Made by a program: the position numbers and the translations under genes. 48,514 nucleotides of DNA from positions 1 through 48,514 of the IMG/VR virus record IMGVR_UViG_3300020235_000035. One strand, given 5' to 3'. Shown here one piece after another: positions 1 to 9,268 of this stretch (position 1 is the first letter of the stretch; every line of letters starts with the position of its first letter). The DNA comes from a virus. Lineage: Duplodnaviria > Caudoviricetes. The notes beneath the pieces are model-generated. The model was given only the letters and a program-made list of their open reading frames with translations, was not told the DNA's origin and did not search any database.

Positions 1-141
1 AGGCCAGCTACCTTTAAATTAACCCGTATCTTCACCAATGTGGTGTATGCAGGGATTCATAACTTTGGATTACAGGGATTAGCCTTTGGCAAGACTTCTT
101 TTAAAATGCCAGAGAGGGAGTTTATAGGTAATTCAAGAGTA
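1..141. repeat. Terminal direct repeat, left copy (circular assembly overlap)
   Basis: 1-141 is identical to 48374-48514, and an ORF reads through the junction. Confidence 0.95.
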
Positions 142-198
142 CTAGAAAAGGAAATGGAGCGTAGAATATTTAGGGAAATTGATAAAGTATTCAAATGA
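1..198 (+). CDS. 3' part of phage virion morphogenesis protein (Mu gpG-like); joins 48110-48373 across the circular junction
   Basis: Frame 1 translates RPATFKLTRIFTNVVYAGIHNFG...MPEREFIGNS...VFK*; YAxIHNFG and P.R.FIG are typical of the family. Confidence 0.8.
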   Translation, partial: RPATFKLTRIFTNVVYAGIHNFGLQGLAFGKTSFKMPEREFIGNSRVLEKEMERRIFREIDKVFK

Positions 199-773
199 GT
201 GCAAAACTTGACATATTCAATGATATAGTAACTAAGATTGAATCTATTGTAGATACCGATAACATAAGGGTTATTAATACTGTTGAACTATGGAACAGTC
301 AGTTAGAAAATGAGGAAGAAGAAGTGCCTTTTAATTTTCCGGCTGTATTTATTGAGTTTGGAGAAGTGGTATGGACTACAAATCAAAAACCGCCATCTAT
401 CGGGCCTCAATCAGATATAGTAGGGGAACAAAAAGGGATAAACTCTTTGATCACCATACATATAGCCTTTTCTCAATTAGACGATGAAACCGTCAGTTTT
501 CCTATTATTTCGCCTAAAATTGATAAAGTCTATTTTGCAATTCAAAGGTTATCAGGAGAGTTTTATTCAGAATTGTTAAGAGTAGCTGAACGTCAAGACA
601 TTGACCATGAGAGGGTAATTGATTTCCAGATGGACTTTTTAACAACCATATTTCAATGTGGCGAAAAGGATACTAGCGTTATTGAAATACCAGGAGGAAC
701 GGTTGATTTAGACTTGACTGTTGATTTAGACGTTGATAATGATGTAATTAGAACCGGAGACGGAACACCATGA
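195..773 (+). CDS. Putative tail terminator/completion protein
   Basis: Follows the gpG-like gene; WNSQ...FPAVFIEF motif; 192 aa. Confidence 0.55.
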   Translation: MSAKLDIFNDIVTKIESIVDTDNIRVINTVELWNSQLENEEEEVPFNFPAVFIEFGEVVWTTNQKPPSIGPQSDIVGEQKGINSLITIHIAFSQLDDETVSFPIISPKIDKVYFAIQRLSGEFYSELLRVAERQDIDHERVIDFQMDFLTTIFQCGEKDTSVIEIPGGTVDLDLTVDLDVDNDVIRTGDGTP

Positions 774-925
774 GTAGAATGAGAGATCAGGTTAAATTAC
801 AGCAACGTAGCGATTACGTCAAAAAAATAGTATCCCAATCCACAAGTACTAAGGTGGCAGTTAAAGAATTATCAGAATCTTTATTTATTTCTGAAAGGAC
901 TATTTATAGAGATTTAGTAAGGTAA
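770..925 (+). CDS. Small HTH protein (51 aa), possible late-gene regulator
   Basis: Manual translation MSRMRDQV...KELSESLFISERTIYRDLVR*; HTH-like LSxxLFISERTIYR; below the ORF-track cutoff. Confidence 0.7.
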   Translation: MSRMRDQVKLQQRSDYVKKIVSQSTSTKVAVKELSESLFISERTIYRDLVR

Positions 926-948
926 TTTACTGACACGTAGGAAACGTA

Positions 949-981
949 TTTGAGATTTCCCGTTTATACTCTCTATTTTTG
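949..981 (+). promoter_or_regulatory. Bacteroidota-type sigma70 promoter upstream of head genes
   Basis: TTTG (949-952), 21-nt spacer, TATTTTTG (974-981). Confidence 0.6.
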
Positions 982-999
982 TTGGCATAAGAATCAATT

Positions 1000-2184
1000 A
1001 TGTCCGAATCATTTGCACCTCAATTTATTAAGAACGTCACCAAAGACGTAGCGGAAATAAATCTATTTGATGAGGTAGGGCCAGACGGAATAAGCGGTCA
1101 GGGATTCGCCGATGAAATGCAAATGCTCGTAGACTTCGGAGTCAAAGAGATCAACATCAATATTAATTCTCCAGGCGGTTCAATTATGGACGGCTTTTCT
1201 ATTTTCCACGCTATAACAAATAGTGAAGCAACGGTAAACACCCATATTGTAGGAGTCGCTGCTAGTATGGCAGGAATATTTGCATTAGCAGGAGATCATG
1301 TTACGATTGTAGACTATGGAACGGTAATGCTTCATGATCCTTTAATTTCCAGCAACGGTAAAAAGATTGAGGACTTAACCCCAGAGCAAGAGAAAGCACT
1401 AAACGCAATGCGAGCATCATTGCTTATGATACTTAAGAATCGTACTAATAAAACCGAACAGGAATTGTCTGAAATGCTAAAGGCTGAAACATGGCTGAAT
1501 GCAAAACAAGCTCTTAAGGGTGGATTTGTTGACGAAATTGTCAGCAGCAAACATATAGATAAAGACAAAAGAAAAAAGCGACAGCCTGTTGCTGAGATAA
1601 CAAACATATTACAATCTATTACCAACACTTCAAAAACAGAAAAAATGAAGAAAGTAACCAAATATCTTAATCTAAGCGAAGACGCTACTGAAGAGTCTAT
1701 CCTGGATGCGATTAAAGAAATTGATGATAAATTAACTGAGGCAGTATCAGGCTTGGAAACAAGAACAACTGAACTTACCGAAGCAACTGACAAGATAACG
1801 GCTCACGAAACTACTATCAAGGCGTTTGAGGACAAACAAGTTAAGATGACAGAAACTTTAGTTGATGAAACTCTTGAAAAGGCTGTTGAAGACGGTGTAA
1901 TTGCAGAAGATAAAAAGGAAGAGATTAAAGATCATTACAAGAATGACTTAACGGGATTGAAACTGATCTTAGGCAATCTTAAAACACCTGCTCAAATTAT
2001 CTCGGACAAATTGGAAGCAGAAGGCGGAAGCACAGAAGTTCCTGAAGACCGTAAGGATTGGGGACTTAGAAAATGGGAACAAGAAGACGAGGCTGGATTG
2101 AACAAAATCAAAAACGATAATGTAAAGCTTTATAACAAGATGTATAAAGCTGAATATGACGTTGAACTAGAAACAGTAAACTAA
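1000..2184 (+). CDS. ClpP-like prohead protease with C-terminal scaffold region
   Basis: INSPGGS, AASMA, MLHDP, ETWLNA motifs; acidic coiled-coil C-terminus. Confidence 0.9.
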   Translation: MSESFAPQFIKNVTKDVAEINLFDEVGPDGISGQGFADEMQMLVDFGVKEINININSPGGSIMDGFSIFHAITNSEATVNTHIVGVAASMAGIFALAGDHVTIVDYGTVMLHDPLISSNGKKIEDLTPEQEKALNAMRASLLMILKNRTNKTEQELSEMLKAETWLNAKQALKGGFVDEIVSSKHIDKDKRKKRQPVAEITNILQSITNTSKTEKMKKVTKYLNLSEDATEESILDAIKEIDDKLTEAVSGLETRTTELTEATDKITAHETTIKAFEDKQVKMTETLVDETLEKAVEDGVIAEDKKEEIKDHYKNDLTGLKLILGNLKTPAQIISDKLEAEGGSTEVPEDRKDWGLRKWEQEDEAGLNKIKNDNVKLYNKMYKAEYDVELETVN

Positions 2185-2191
2185 AAAAATC

Positions 2192-2530
2192 ATGGCACAA
2201 CTTAAATACCCTTTCGGACTCGCTGATTCAAAAGTATTGACAGCAACGGGCGCGCAAGCCCTTACTATTGACGACAATATGACTATTGTTGATGGAGTAA
2301 CAGTTGAGGCAACCGGAAACAGAACTTTAGATTTAACTGTTGATCCAGAAGTAAAAGCTGGAGCAAGGATTCTTTTAAAGACCAAGACAAACGCAACCCA
2401 AGACACAATCTTCGGAACTTCAATTACATCAGTAACTGTAACAGGCGTTGCTGGAAAAACATTCTCACAAGGATTTACTTATGATGGAACAACGTTTCTA
2501 CCAGATGGTACATCCGTACAAATTGACTAA
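2192..2530 (+). CDS. Putative head decoration protein
   Basis: 112 aa, Thr/Gly-rich, between protease and capsid genes. Confidence 0.5.
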   Translation: MAQLKYPFGLADSKVLTATGAQALTIDDNMTIVDGVTVEATGNRTLDLTVDPEVKAGARILLKTKTNATQDTIFGTSITSVTVTGVAGKTFSQGFTYDGTTFLPDGTSVQID

Positions 2531-2548
2531 TTCTTAATAAACAATAAA

Positions 2549-3463
2549 ATGGCAGTACAAACAGAAATATGGGTAAGGGATATTAAAGAAGTTCTCTTTG
2601 CTAAAAATAATGAGTTTCTACGCGCATCGGTAAATCATGATGCCTTTGTAGTTAATAAAACGGTTCATGTGCCACAAGCAGGTTCATTGCCTGGTGCGGT
2701 GAAAAACAGAACCATATTTCCTGCTGCAATAATTGAGAGAGACGATACTACTCTGGATTATGAACTTGAAAGTTTTTCTGTTGATCCTGTAAGAATTGGG
2801 CGTATTGATGAAGTACAGATAAGTTATGCCAAACGTCAGTCTGTAATGAAACAACATCTTAACATCTTAATGGATATAATTGCCAAAGAAGGAATCTTTA
2901 ATTGGGCTTCTGATCTTGGCCCTAATCAGGTAAGAACTACTGGTGCGGATTCTACACGAAATCTGCCTGTTGGAGCAACTGGAACTCGAAAGAAATTGAC
3001 AGTTGAGGATTTGGCAAGTGTAACACAGGTCTTCGACGATCAAAACGTACCAGATGACGGACGTTGGATAATGTTGCCTTCTAAGATGTACCAGGAATTT
3101 TTCACTATTACCGAATTGATTCGTGATGATATCATAGGAAAGACAACTCTTCCTACGGGTGTTTTGAATAAGATATTGAATTTCAATGTTATAAAGCGAT
3201 CATCTAACACGGTTGTTAAATACAGTAACGATGCAACCCCTCAGCGTAAAGCCGTAGGAGCAGCTGCAACAAATGATGCTAACTTTGGAGCTATTGCATG
3301 GCATCCTGATTTTGTAGCAACGGCACTTGGATCAATTGAAGTATTTGCAAACGAGAGAGACGCACCGAATTACGGTACTATAATCTCAGCAGATGTTCTT
3401 TCAAAGACCACTAAGCTAAGAACAGACGAGGCTGGAATCGTTACACTTATTCAAGCAGCATAA
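2549..3463 (+). CDS. Major capsid protein
   Basis: 304 aa; ETW/VHVPQAG and D..NVP.DGR motifs; position in head operon. Confidence 0.85.
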   Translation: MAVQTEIWVRDIKEVLFAKNNEFLRASVNHDAFVVNKTVHVPQAGSLPGAVKNRTIFPAAIIERDDTTLDYELESFSVDPVRIGRIDEVQISYAKRQSVMKQHLNILMDIIAKEGIFNWASDLGPNQVRTTGADSTRNLPVGATGTRKKLTVEDLASVTQVFDDQNVPDDGRWIMLPSKMYQEFFTITELIRDDIIGKTTLPTGVLNKILNFNVIKRSSNTVVKYSNDATPQRKAVGAAATNDANFGAIAWHPDFVATALGSIEVFANERDAPNYGTIISADVLSKTTKLRTDEAGIVTLIQAA

Positions 3464-3483
3464 TAACCCTTTAAATCTAAACT

Positions 3484-3840
3484 ATGTTTAACAAAGCAGA
3501 GTTAGTAGAAAGAGGTAGACACTATTTTGATGACCAAAAAATCAACAAAATGTACGCTACCACAGACAGTAATTTCTTTTACGAATGGGATAAGAGTTAT
3601 GCTGATAGTCATGCTAAGAGTTTAAAGACTTCGGTAGTTGAGATTACAAGAGGTGATCTGGTTAAAAAGAATGAAAAACCTAAAGTAGAAAAGGTTGAAC
3701 CTAAAGTAGAGTCTTCTGAAAATGGTTTATCTATTGAAGAACTAAGAGCAGAAGGAAAGCGTCTTAAAATTCCAAAGTATTGGATTATTAAAGAGGAAAC
3801 ATTAAAGAAGAAAATAGAAGAAGCGAATGCCACTACCTAG
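3484..3840 (+). CDS. Hypothetical protein with C-terminal Rho-N/HeH-like helix pair
   Basis: LSIEELRAEGKRLKIPKY..IKEETLKKKIEE. Confidence 0.5.
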   Translation: MFNKAELVERGRHYFDDQKINKMYATTDSNFFYEWDKSYADSHAKSLKTSVVEITRGDLVKKNEKPKVEKVEPKVESSENGLSIEELRAEGKRLKIPKYWIIKEETLKKKIEEANATT

Positions 3841-5470
3841 CATAGTATTTAATCGTTTAAAGGGTGGTCTTGGAAGGCCACTTGCAGGAAATGATCATTT
3901 ATCCTCTATGCTGTTTTATACGGCAGGCTCATTACCTTCTGGGTTTTCCTCAAATGATAGGATAAAGAAGATTTTCTCTTTATCTGAAGCTGAAGCCCTG
4001 GGAATAGTTGATGATCATTCTGATGAGACTAAGGGAACAGGCGGTAAAGTAGTTATCGGGGGTTCTTGGGCGGCGGGAGAAACAGCTACTATTTCCATTG
4101 ATAGTGGTGTACTTGCTACGTTTACTGTACTCACAGGAGCTACAGCCATATCAGATATAGTAACGGGTCTTAAAGACGCTATAAATGCACAAACGAATAT
4201 AGGAATCAAACATGGATGGGTAGCAGGAGAAACAGGGGGAACAGATATTGACCTTACTCAACCAGATAGATTAGGGATTGTTAATAATGCAGGCTCGCAT
4301 ATTGTATTCACAGAAACAAGTGCATCAGGAACAGGAGTACCTACACAATTTACTGGAGGTTTAGGTTCTTATTTTGCTGTTTTACATTATCACATTTCAG
4401 AGTATTTCAGACTACAACCCAAAGGGATTACTTGGGTGGGGATTTTTGCTCAAAACACTTATGATGCTGCGGAGATAGCGACTATTCAGGACTTCGCAAA
4501 TGGAGAGATACGACAAATGGGAATCTATCTTTCTCATGAAATATTCGCAAGCTCTCAACTTACAACTACTCAGGGTGTATTAAACACGTTGGAAACAGAA
4601 AACAAACCGCTTAGTGTTGTATTTCATTCTGACCTGAGTTCTGCCACTCTTTCTACACTACCTAATATATCTACTCTTTCTAATCAAAGAGTAAGCATGT
4701 TAATCGGAGAGGAAGGAGACTTTCACCAATTAGCTTATGATAATGGCAAGGCATATTTATCAGGTGAGAAAGTTACTTTTCAAGGTAAAGCATATATCTC
4801 TAAGGCCAACACTTTAGGCAATGCGCCCTGGGATGGTACTAATTGGACAGAGTTAAGAGAAGATTTAGAATCTATTTCAGGATTTTCGATAGGAACAATG
4901 GGTGCTACATTGGGGAACGTTAGTTTTGCCAAAGTAAGTGATAGTATTGCTTTTGTTGCTAAGTTTAACCTTGTTACAGGCACAGGGCTTGATGAGGTTG
5001 CATTTGCCACAGGAGACTTATTTAAGGATGTATCAGCGTCTTTACAGAATGCTTTAAACGACTTTCATTATATTTTCCTTCGCAAGATTCAAGGAATTTC
5101 AGGAACGTTCAATTCAGATAGCTTTACAGCTATTGCAGCCACTTCTGATTTAGCCACTATTGAGAATAATCGCACACAAGACAAAGCGGTAAGGAATATT
5201 CGCACAAACGTATTGCCTAATCTAAATGGCCCTCTGTTTGTAAATGAAGATGGTACTTTAAGCGAGGACACTATATCTCTTTTTAAGAATGATGCAGATA
5301 AGCCTTTGTTGGACATGCTAGTAGCGGGTGAGATTAGCGCAAGGCAGGTAACTATTGATCCTACACAGGACGTTTTAGCTACTTCAGTTCTTAATATTGG
5401 AGTTCTTATTATTCCTGTAGGCGTAGCAAGACAGATAGTATTTAACATCGGCTTTGCCGTAAAAATATAA
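3827..5470 (+). CDS. Tail sheath protein (DUF2586-like) with inserted CBM5/12-like module
   Basis: GGLGRPL N-terminus, IENNRT.DKA.R, C-terminal IDP.QDVL...I.PVGVARQI...IGF; 547 aa. Confidence 0.85.
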   Translation: MPLPSIVFNRLKGGLGRPLAGNDHLSSMLFYTAGSLPSGFSSNDRIKKIFSLSEAEALGIVDDHSDETKGTGGKVVIGGSWAAGETATISIDSGVLATFTVLTGATAISDIVTGLKDAINAQTNIGIKHGWVAGETGGTDIDLTQPDRLGIVNNAGSHIVFTETSASGTGVPTQFTGGLGSYFAVLHYHISEYFRLQPKGITWVGIFAQNTYDAAEIATIQDFANGEIRQMGIYLSHEIFASSQLTTTQGVLNTLETENKPLSVVFHSDLSSATLSTLPNISTLSNQRVSMLIGEEGDFHQLAYDNGKAYLSGEKVTFQGKAYISKANTLGNAPWDGTNWTELREDLESISGFSIGTMGATLGNVSFAKVSDSIAFVAKFNLVTGTGLDEVAFATGDLFKDVSASLQNALNDFHYIFLRKIQGISGTFNSDSFTAIAATSDLATIENNRTQDKAVRNIRTNVLPNLNGPLFVNEDGTLSEDTISLFKNDADKPLLDMLVAGEISARQVTIDPTQDVLATSVLNIGVLIIPVGVARQIVFNIGFAVKI

Positions 5471-5474
5471 TAGT

Positions 5475-5891
5475 ATGGCACAACCGCTGATTAATGGACA
5501 GGCTTTTGATTACGCTCAGATAACCCCTTTATACTTGGGAGTGCCTTTGGTGTCTATGACTTCGATTACTTATGAAGAGACTCAGGAAAAGGTTGACAAT
5601 CCTGGTACGGGAAACAGAGGTATTTCAAGGGGTCGTGCAGATATTAAGTCTAGTGGTTCAATAGAGCTTTCCATGAATGATATTGAGGCACTTAGGGATA
5701 TTGCTACTGATGGTAGCCTTTTAGCTTTACCAGCGAGTGATTTCATACTTATATTCGGGAATCCCCAGAACGTACAAACCCATGTTCTAAAGAATCTGGA
5801 GTTTACCAATGATGGAGGTACAGGAACTCAGGGAGATACCGACATGAAAATGACATTAAACTTCATTATATCTAACGTTATTTACCGTTAA
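5475..5891 (+). CDS. Tail tube protein
   Basis: LING..FDY, SRGR motif; 138 aa directly after sheath. Confidence 0.8.
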   Translation: MAQPLINGQAFDYAQITPLYLGVPLVSMTSITYEETQEKVDNPGTGNRGISRGRADIKSSGSIELSMNDIEALRDIATDGSLLALPASDFILIFGNPQNVQTHVLKNLEFTNDGGTGTQGDTDMKMTLNFIISNVIYR

Positions 5892-5893
5892 TA

Positions 5894-6169
5894 ATGGGTA
5901 CAAAAACAGCAAAGAAAATTACATTTACCGTTGATGGCAAGGACTGTGTAATAGTTGAGCCTGATTTTAAGCAGATATCTTTCGGCTTATCGGCACTATC
6001 GTCTGGATCAGGAGTTGATCTAGCAGGAGGAGGTAAAGCAATATTTGATGTTTGCATGGTGGAATGTGATAAGGAAATTAAGGAGAACGGTAAACTCCTT
6101 ATGTCTGTATGTTTAAAGATCGCAGAAGAATGTCTATTACCCGTAGAAGTTGAGATAAAAAAAAATTAG
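5894..6169 (+). CDS. Tail assembly chaperone (gpG-like)
   Basis: Between tube and tape measure; ends EIKKN on an A9 run. Confidence 0.8.
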   Translation: MGTKTAKKITFTVDGKDCVIVEPDFKQISFGLSALSSGSGVDLAGGGKAIFDVCMVECDKEIKENGKLLMSVCLKIAEECLLPVEVEIKKN

Positions 6170-6357
6170 AAAAATACTGTCTTACTGAGACTGATGTAAT
6201 CGGGTTCGCTCATAAAAAGGCGTTAATCCGATTTTTTTATCATAAAGACCCAGATGCAATGGATTTAGACGAGCTATGTAAATTAGAATGCGAGATGACT
6301 TGGCTTGCAAAAATGGGTCTCTTATCAATGGCCTCAGTACCTTTAAAACTTCAATAG
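6157..6357 (+). CDS. -1 frameshift extension of tail assembly chaperone (gpGT-like)
   Basis: A9 at 6157-6165; -1 frame is open (KKLEKYCLTE...ALIRFFYHKDPDAMDLDE...LKLQ*) to TAG 6355-6357, abutting the TMP ATG. Confidence 0.8.
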   Translation, partial: KKKLEKYCLTETDVIGFAHKKALIRFFYHKDPDAMDLDELCKLECEMTWLAKMGLLSMASVPLKLQ

Positions 6358-8070
6358 ATGGCTACTAGAAACGTAGAATATATTATAAGTCTGAGAGATA
6401 ACTTTTCCAGCAAATTAACTGGCATTACTAAGAATCTAGAAGCAACTGGCAAAAGGATTCAGGCCGTTGGAACAAGATTAAGTTTAGCAGTAACATTGCC
6501 TATTGTTGCGCTGGGTGCGGCGACTCTAAAGCTAGCCTCTGACTTTGAAGAAACTGAATCTAAATTTAGTGTTGTTTTTTCTTCTATATCTTCGGATGCC
6601 GCTAAATCCGCAATGGAATTACGGGACAATTTCGGGCTAAGTAGTTTAGCAGCAAAGCAATTATTAAGCGATACGGGCGACCTGTTAACAGGGTTTGGTT
6701 TTACTCAGGAGTCTGCCCTGGATTTGAGTACGCAAGTAAACAAATTAGCGGTTGATTTAGCCTCATTCACCAACTTTTCAGGCGGGGCAGAGGGGGCGAG
6801 TGCCGCACTTACAAAAGCCCTTCTGGGTGAACGTGAAAGCGTTAAGAGTTTAGGAATTTCCATACTTGATACGGATGTAAAGGCAAGGGTTTTATTAAAC
6901 ACTCAAAGAGGTTTGACCTTTGCAACTAACCGACAGGCCAAAGCGGTTGCTACTCTGCAAATAGCGCAGGAACAAAGTAAAAATGCAATAGGGGACTTTG
7001 CCAGAACTAGCCAGGATTTTGCTAATCAATTAAGGATCACAAGAGCTAGATTATCCGATATGGCGGTTGGATTTGGTAAGATATTATTACCCCCTGCCCT
7101 TAAGGTGGTCAAAATATTTAAAACAATGGTTGAAAGATTTTCGGCCTTGTCGCCAGAGACTAAAAAGACAATTGTAATTATTGGCGGATTAGTTGCCGCC
7201 CTGGGGCCGCTTCTAGTTATTTTGGGGTTTTTAACTTCCACTATTCTACCCGCTTTGATCACAGGCTTTACAGTTCTCACTGGCCCAATAGGATTGATAG
7301 TACTTGGGATTGGTGGATTAATTGTATTGTTTGCTACATATGATAGGACATTAAAAATAGTAAGGCGTAGTCAAGAGCGTCTTAATACTGCCTTTGGCAA
7401 AGCAGCAGAAAAAACACAACAACAGACAGAAAAGCTAAGGGATTTAATCACCCTTTTAAATAGTAAATCAAAAGCTGATTTTGTTCAAAAACGTGCATTG
7501 GATCAATTACAGAGAATTTTTCCTAAGTACTTTAAAAACCTGGACGTTGAAAAGGCCAAATTAATTGATATTGAACTTTTGCAAAGAAAGATTGCTGAAG
7601 GAAACAGGCTTCGTGCCATTCTGCTTGAAAGAGGTAGGGCGCAAGCAGAGTTTACTCGATTAAAGGAAGCCAGAACGGTAACTGCTGGATTTGGAAGCAA
7701 AACTGCTGAAAGACGTGAAGCCTTTAAAGAAAGAAAACTGAGACAACAAAGGGGGCTTATTGCAAACCTTACATTACAAGCCAGAAAGGTTCAGGATAAT
7801 ATTGCCAGGTTAGGGATTCAGGAAAGGATTGAGAAGGTTCAAAAAGACATACAAGCCGCCGCGCCTGGAGTAAAAGCCCAACAACGACAAATAGGTATAA
7901 CCAAAATAACTAGTGCAGCCCCTCGAATAATTACTTTCAATATTGATAGTCTAATTGAAAACTTTACCATATCAACTACTAATTTAAAGGAGGGTACAGT
8001 GGCTATTAAAGAACAGGTTAAAGAGGCATTATTGACTGCTCTGTCTGATGTGCAAATACAAACAAGATAA
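6358..8070 (+). CDS. Tape measure protein
   Basis: 570 aa helical; VTLPIVALG, LAVDLASFTN, GERESVKSLGI, hydrophobic LGPLL segment. Confidence 0.9.
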   Translation: MATRNVEYIISLRDNFSSKLTGITKNLEATGKRIQAVGTRLSLAVTLPIVALGAATLKLASDFEETESKFSVVFSSISSDAAKSAMELRDNFGLSSLAAKQLLSDTGDLLTGFGFTQESALDLSTQVNKLAVDLASFTNFSGGAEGASAALTKALLGERESVKSLGISILDTDVKARVLLNTQRGLTFATNRQAKAVATLQIAQEQSKNAIGDFARTSQDFANQLRITRARLSDMAVGFGKILLPPALKVVKIFKTMVERFSALSPETKKTIVIIGGLVAALGPLLVILGFLTSTILPALITGFTVLTGPIGLIVLGIGGLIVLFATYDRTLKIVRRSQERLNTAFGKAAEKTQQQTEKLRDLITLLNSKSKADFVQKRALDQLQRIFPKYFKNLDVEKAKLIDIELLQRKIAEGNRLRAILLERGRAQAEFTRLKEARTVTAGFGSKTAERREAFKERKLRQQRGLIANLTLQARKVQDNIARLGIQERIEKVQKDIQAAAPGVKAQQRQIGITKITSAAPRIITFNIDSLIENFTISTTNLKEGTVAIKEQVKEALLTALSDVQIQTR

Positions 8071-8087
8071 TTTTTATTATCTTTGAA

Positions 8088-8105
8088 TGTAAAATACGCA
8101 AGTCT
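8088..8105 (+). repeat. Left terminal inverted repeat (18 bp)
   Basis: TGTAAAATACGCAAGTCT. Confidence 0.85.
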
Positions 8106-8106
8106 C

Positions 8107-8355
8107 ATGGAAGCTATTGAAGTATCAGCCAATACTAATACGCTCGTAAATAAAATTAATCAATTGGAACAGTTGATTAGAGAGATCAATGGTTTTGAGT
8201 TTAAAGGCACATTTAAAAAAGAAGGAGAAATCAATGAATATTCTACAAATCTTGGTGAGATTTCAGAAAAGATAACCCGATTAAAAAAGTTGATTTATCA
8301 GATAAACAACTTTAAAACCGAGGCAAAAACCCGTAGGAAAAAAATCGCTATTTGA
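8107..8355 (+). CDS. Module peptide A1 (82 aa, two tandem copies of the A motif)
   Basis: IEVSANTNTLVNKINQLEQLIREINGFEFK and INEYSTNLGEISEKITRLKKLIYQINNFK; resembles A2 and A3. Confidence 0.7.
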   Translation: MEAIEVSANTNTLVNKINQLEQLIREINGFEFKGTFKKEGEINEYSTNLGEISEKITRLKKLIYQINNFKTEAKTRRKKIAI

Positions 8356-8569
8356 TTTTTACTTCATTGTTGAATTTGGGACAACAAAAAGAACCCTTAC
8401 TCAAATTCGTTCTTGTTCCCCTAACAGTAAGAATCAAATATGATATTTTATTAGGGTGTATATTACATATAGCTTTCTTGTGATCCTTTTCAATGATTCT
8501 GGCGGTATCTTTAGCCATAGAATACGCTATATCATCGGCTTGTATTTTTCGTATTTTAATTTTAATCAT
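8348..8569 (-). CDS. Module protein B1 (73 aa, C-x2-H...CC)
   Basis: MIKIKIRK...ICNIHPNK...GSFCCPKF; paralogous to B2 and B3; ATG follows TATATTTG-GGA. Confidence 0.7.
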   Translation of the reverse strand: MIKIKIRKIQADDIAYSMAKDTARIIEKDHKKAICNIHPNKISYLILTVRGTRTNLSKGSFCCPKFNNEVKIK

Positions 8570-8656
8570 TCCCAAATATACCCAAACACATAACATGGAT
8601 AGAAAATCAAGTATTTATACTCTATAAGGTGAATATTTATTACTTTAGATTTGTCG

Positions 8657-8850
8657 CAGTAGCGATAATATGCGTTAGTCTTTGAGGTTTGCACCATTAT
8701 TTATCAAGAGACTATCACACTCACCGCGCTAGTAAAGCGTGGGTGTAGTCTGTTTTGATTCTTGCAAACCTCAGATAGATTACAGGGGGATTAAACCCTC
8801 AGCCCACGCCTATTCTACAAACATATAACTATACGGGGCTGGTAGTTACA
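8657..8850 (+). ncRNA. Candidate structured RNA / regulatory leader
   Basis: TAGATTTG box 8646-8653; TGAGGTTTGCA (8683-8693) pairs with TGCAAACCTCA (8763-8773), with nested GACTA/TAGTC and CCGCGCT/AGCGTGG; no ORF. Confidence 0.55.
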
Positions 8851-8860
8851 TACTTTAAGT

Positions 8861-9268
8861 ATGTCAACACAAAGCGAGAAGCAAGGGCTTAATAAAATTA
8901 AGTTGCAATTCGGCATTGTTGCAATAATAGGAATCTCTATAATATGGCTTGGCCTAACAAGAGATACCGTGAAACCCTCTAAGTGGCCCTATACTCAAGA
9001 GGAAGAAAACAGCCGAAGGGATGAAATAATATCTAAATGTTTTAGCGCCTGGGATGGCTCCAATATAGAATTAACCAGATTAATCAAAGAATCCATGAAT
9101 GATCCTGATAGCTATGAACATATCAAAACTACCTATCAGGATATGAATAACGAAATAATTATACATACAATATTCAGAGGGAAAAACGCATTTGGAGGAG
9201 TTGTAAAACAAAGCATTTCTGTTACTATAGGTTTGAATTGTAACATTATTGAAATACACGAACTATGA
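8861..9268 (+). CDS. Membrane-anchored hypothetical protein
   Basis: N-terminal TM (FGIVAIIGISIIWLGL); FSAWDGS...MNDPDSYEH...FRGKNAFGGVV motif. Confidence 0.75.
   Translation: MSTQSEKQGLNKIKLQFGIVAIIGISIIWLGLTRDTVKPSKWPYTQEEENSRRDEIISKCFSAWDGSNIELTRLIKESMNDPDSYEHIKTTYQDMNNEIIIHTIFRGKNAFGGVVKQSISVTIGLNCNIIEIHEL

Noticed and set aside
1332-7700. Numerous minus-strand ORFs of 60-150 aa over structural genes (also 48103-48411)
   Set aside because: Antisense shadows of well-supported + strand genes, with no motifs
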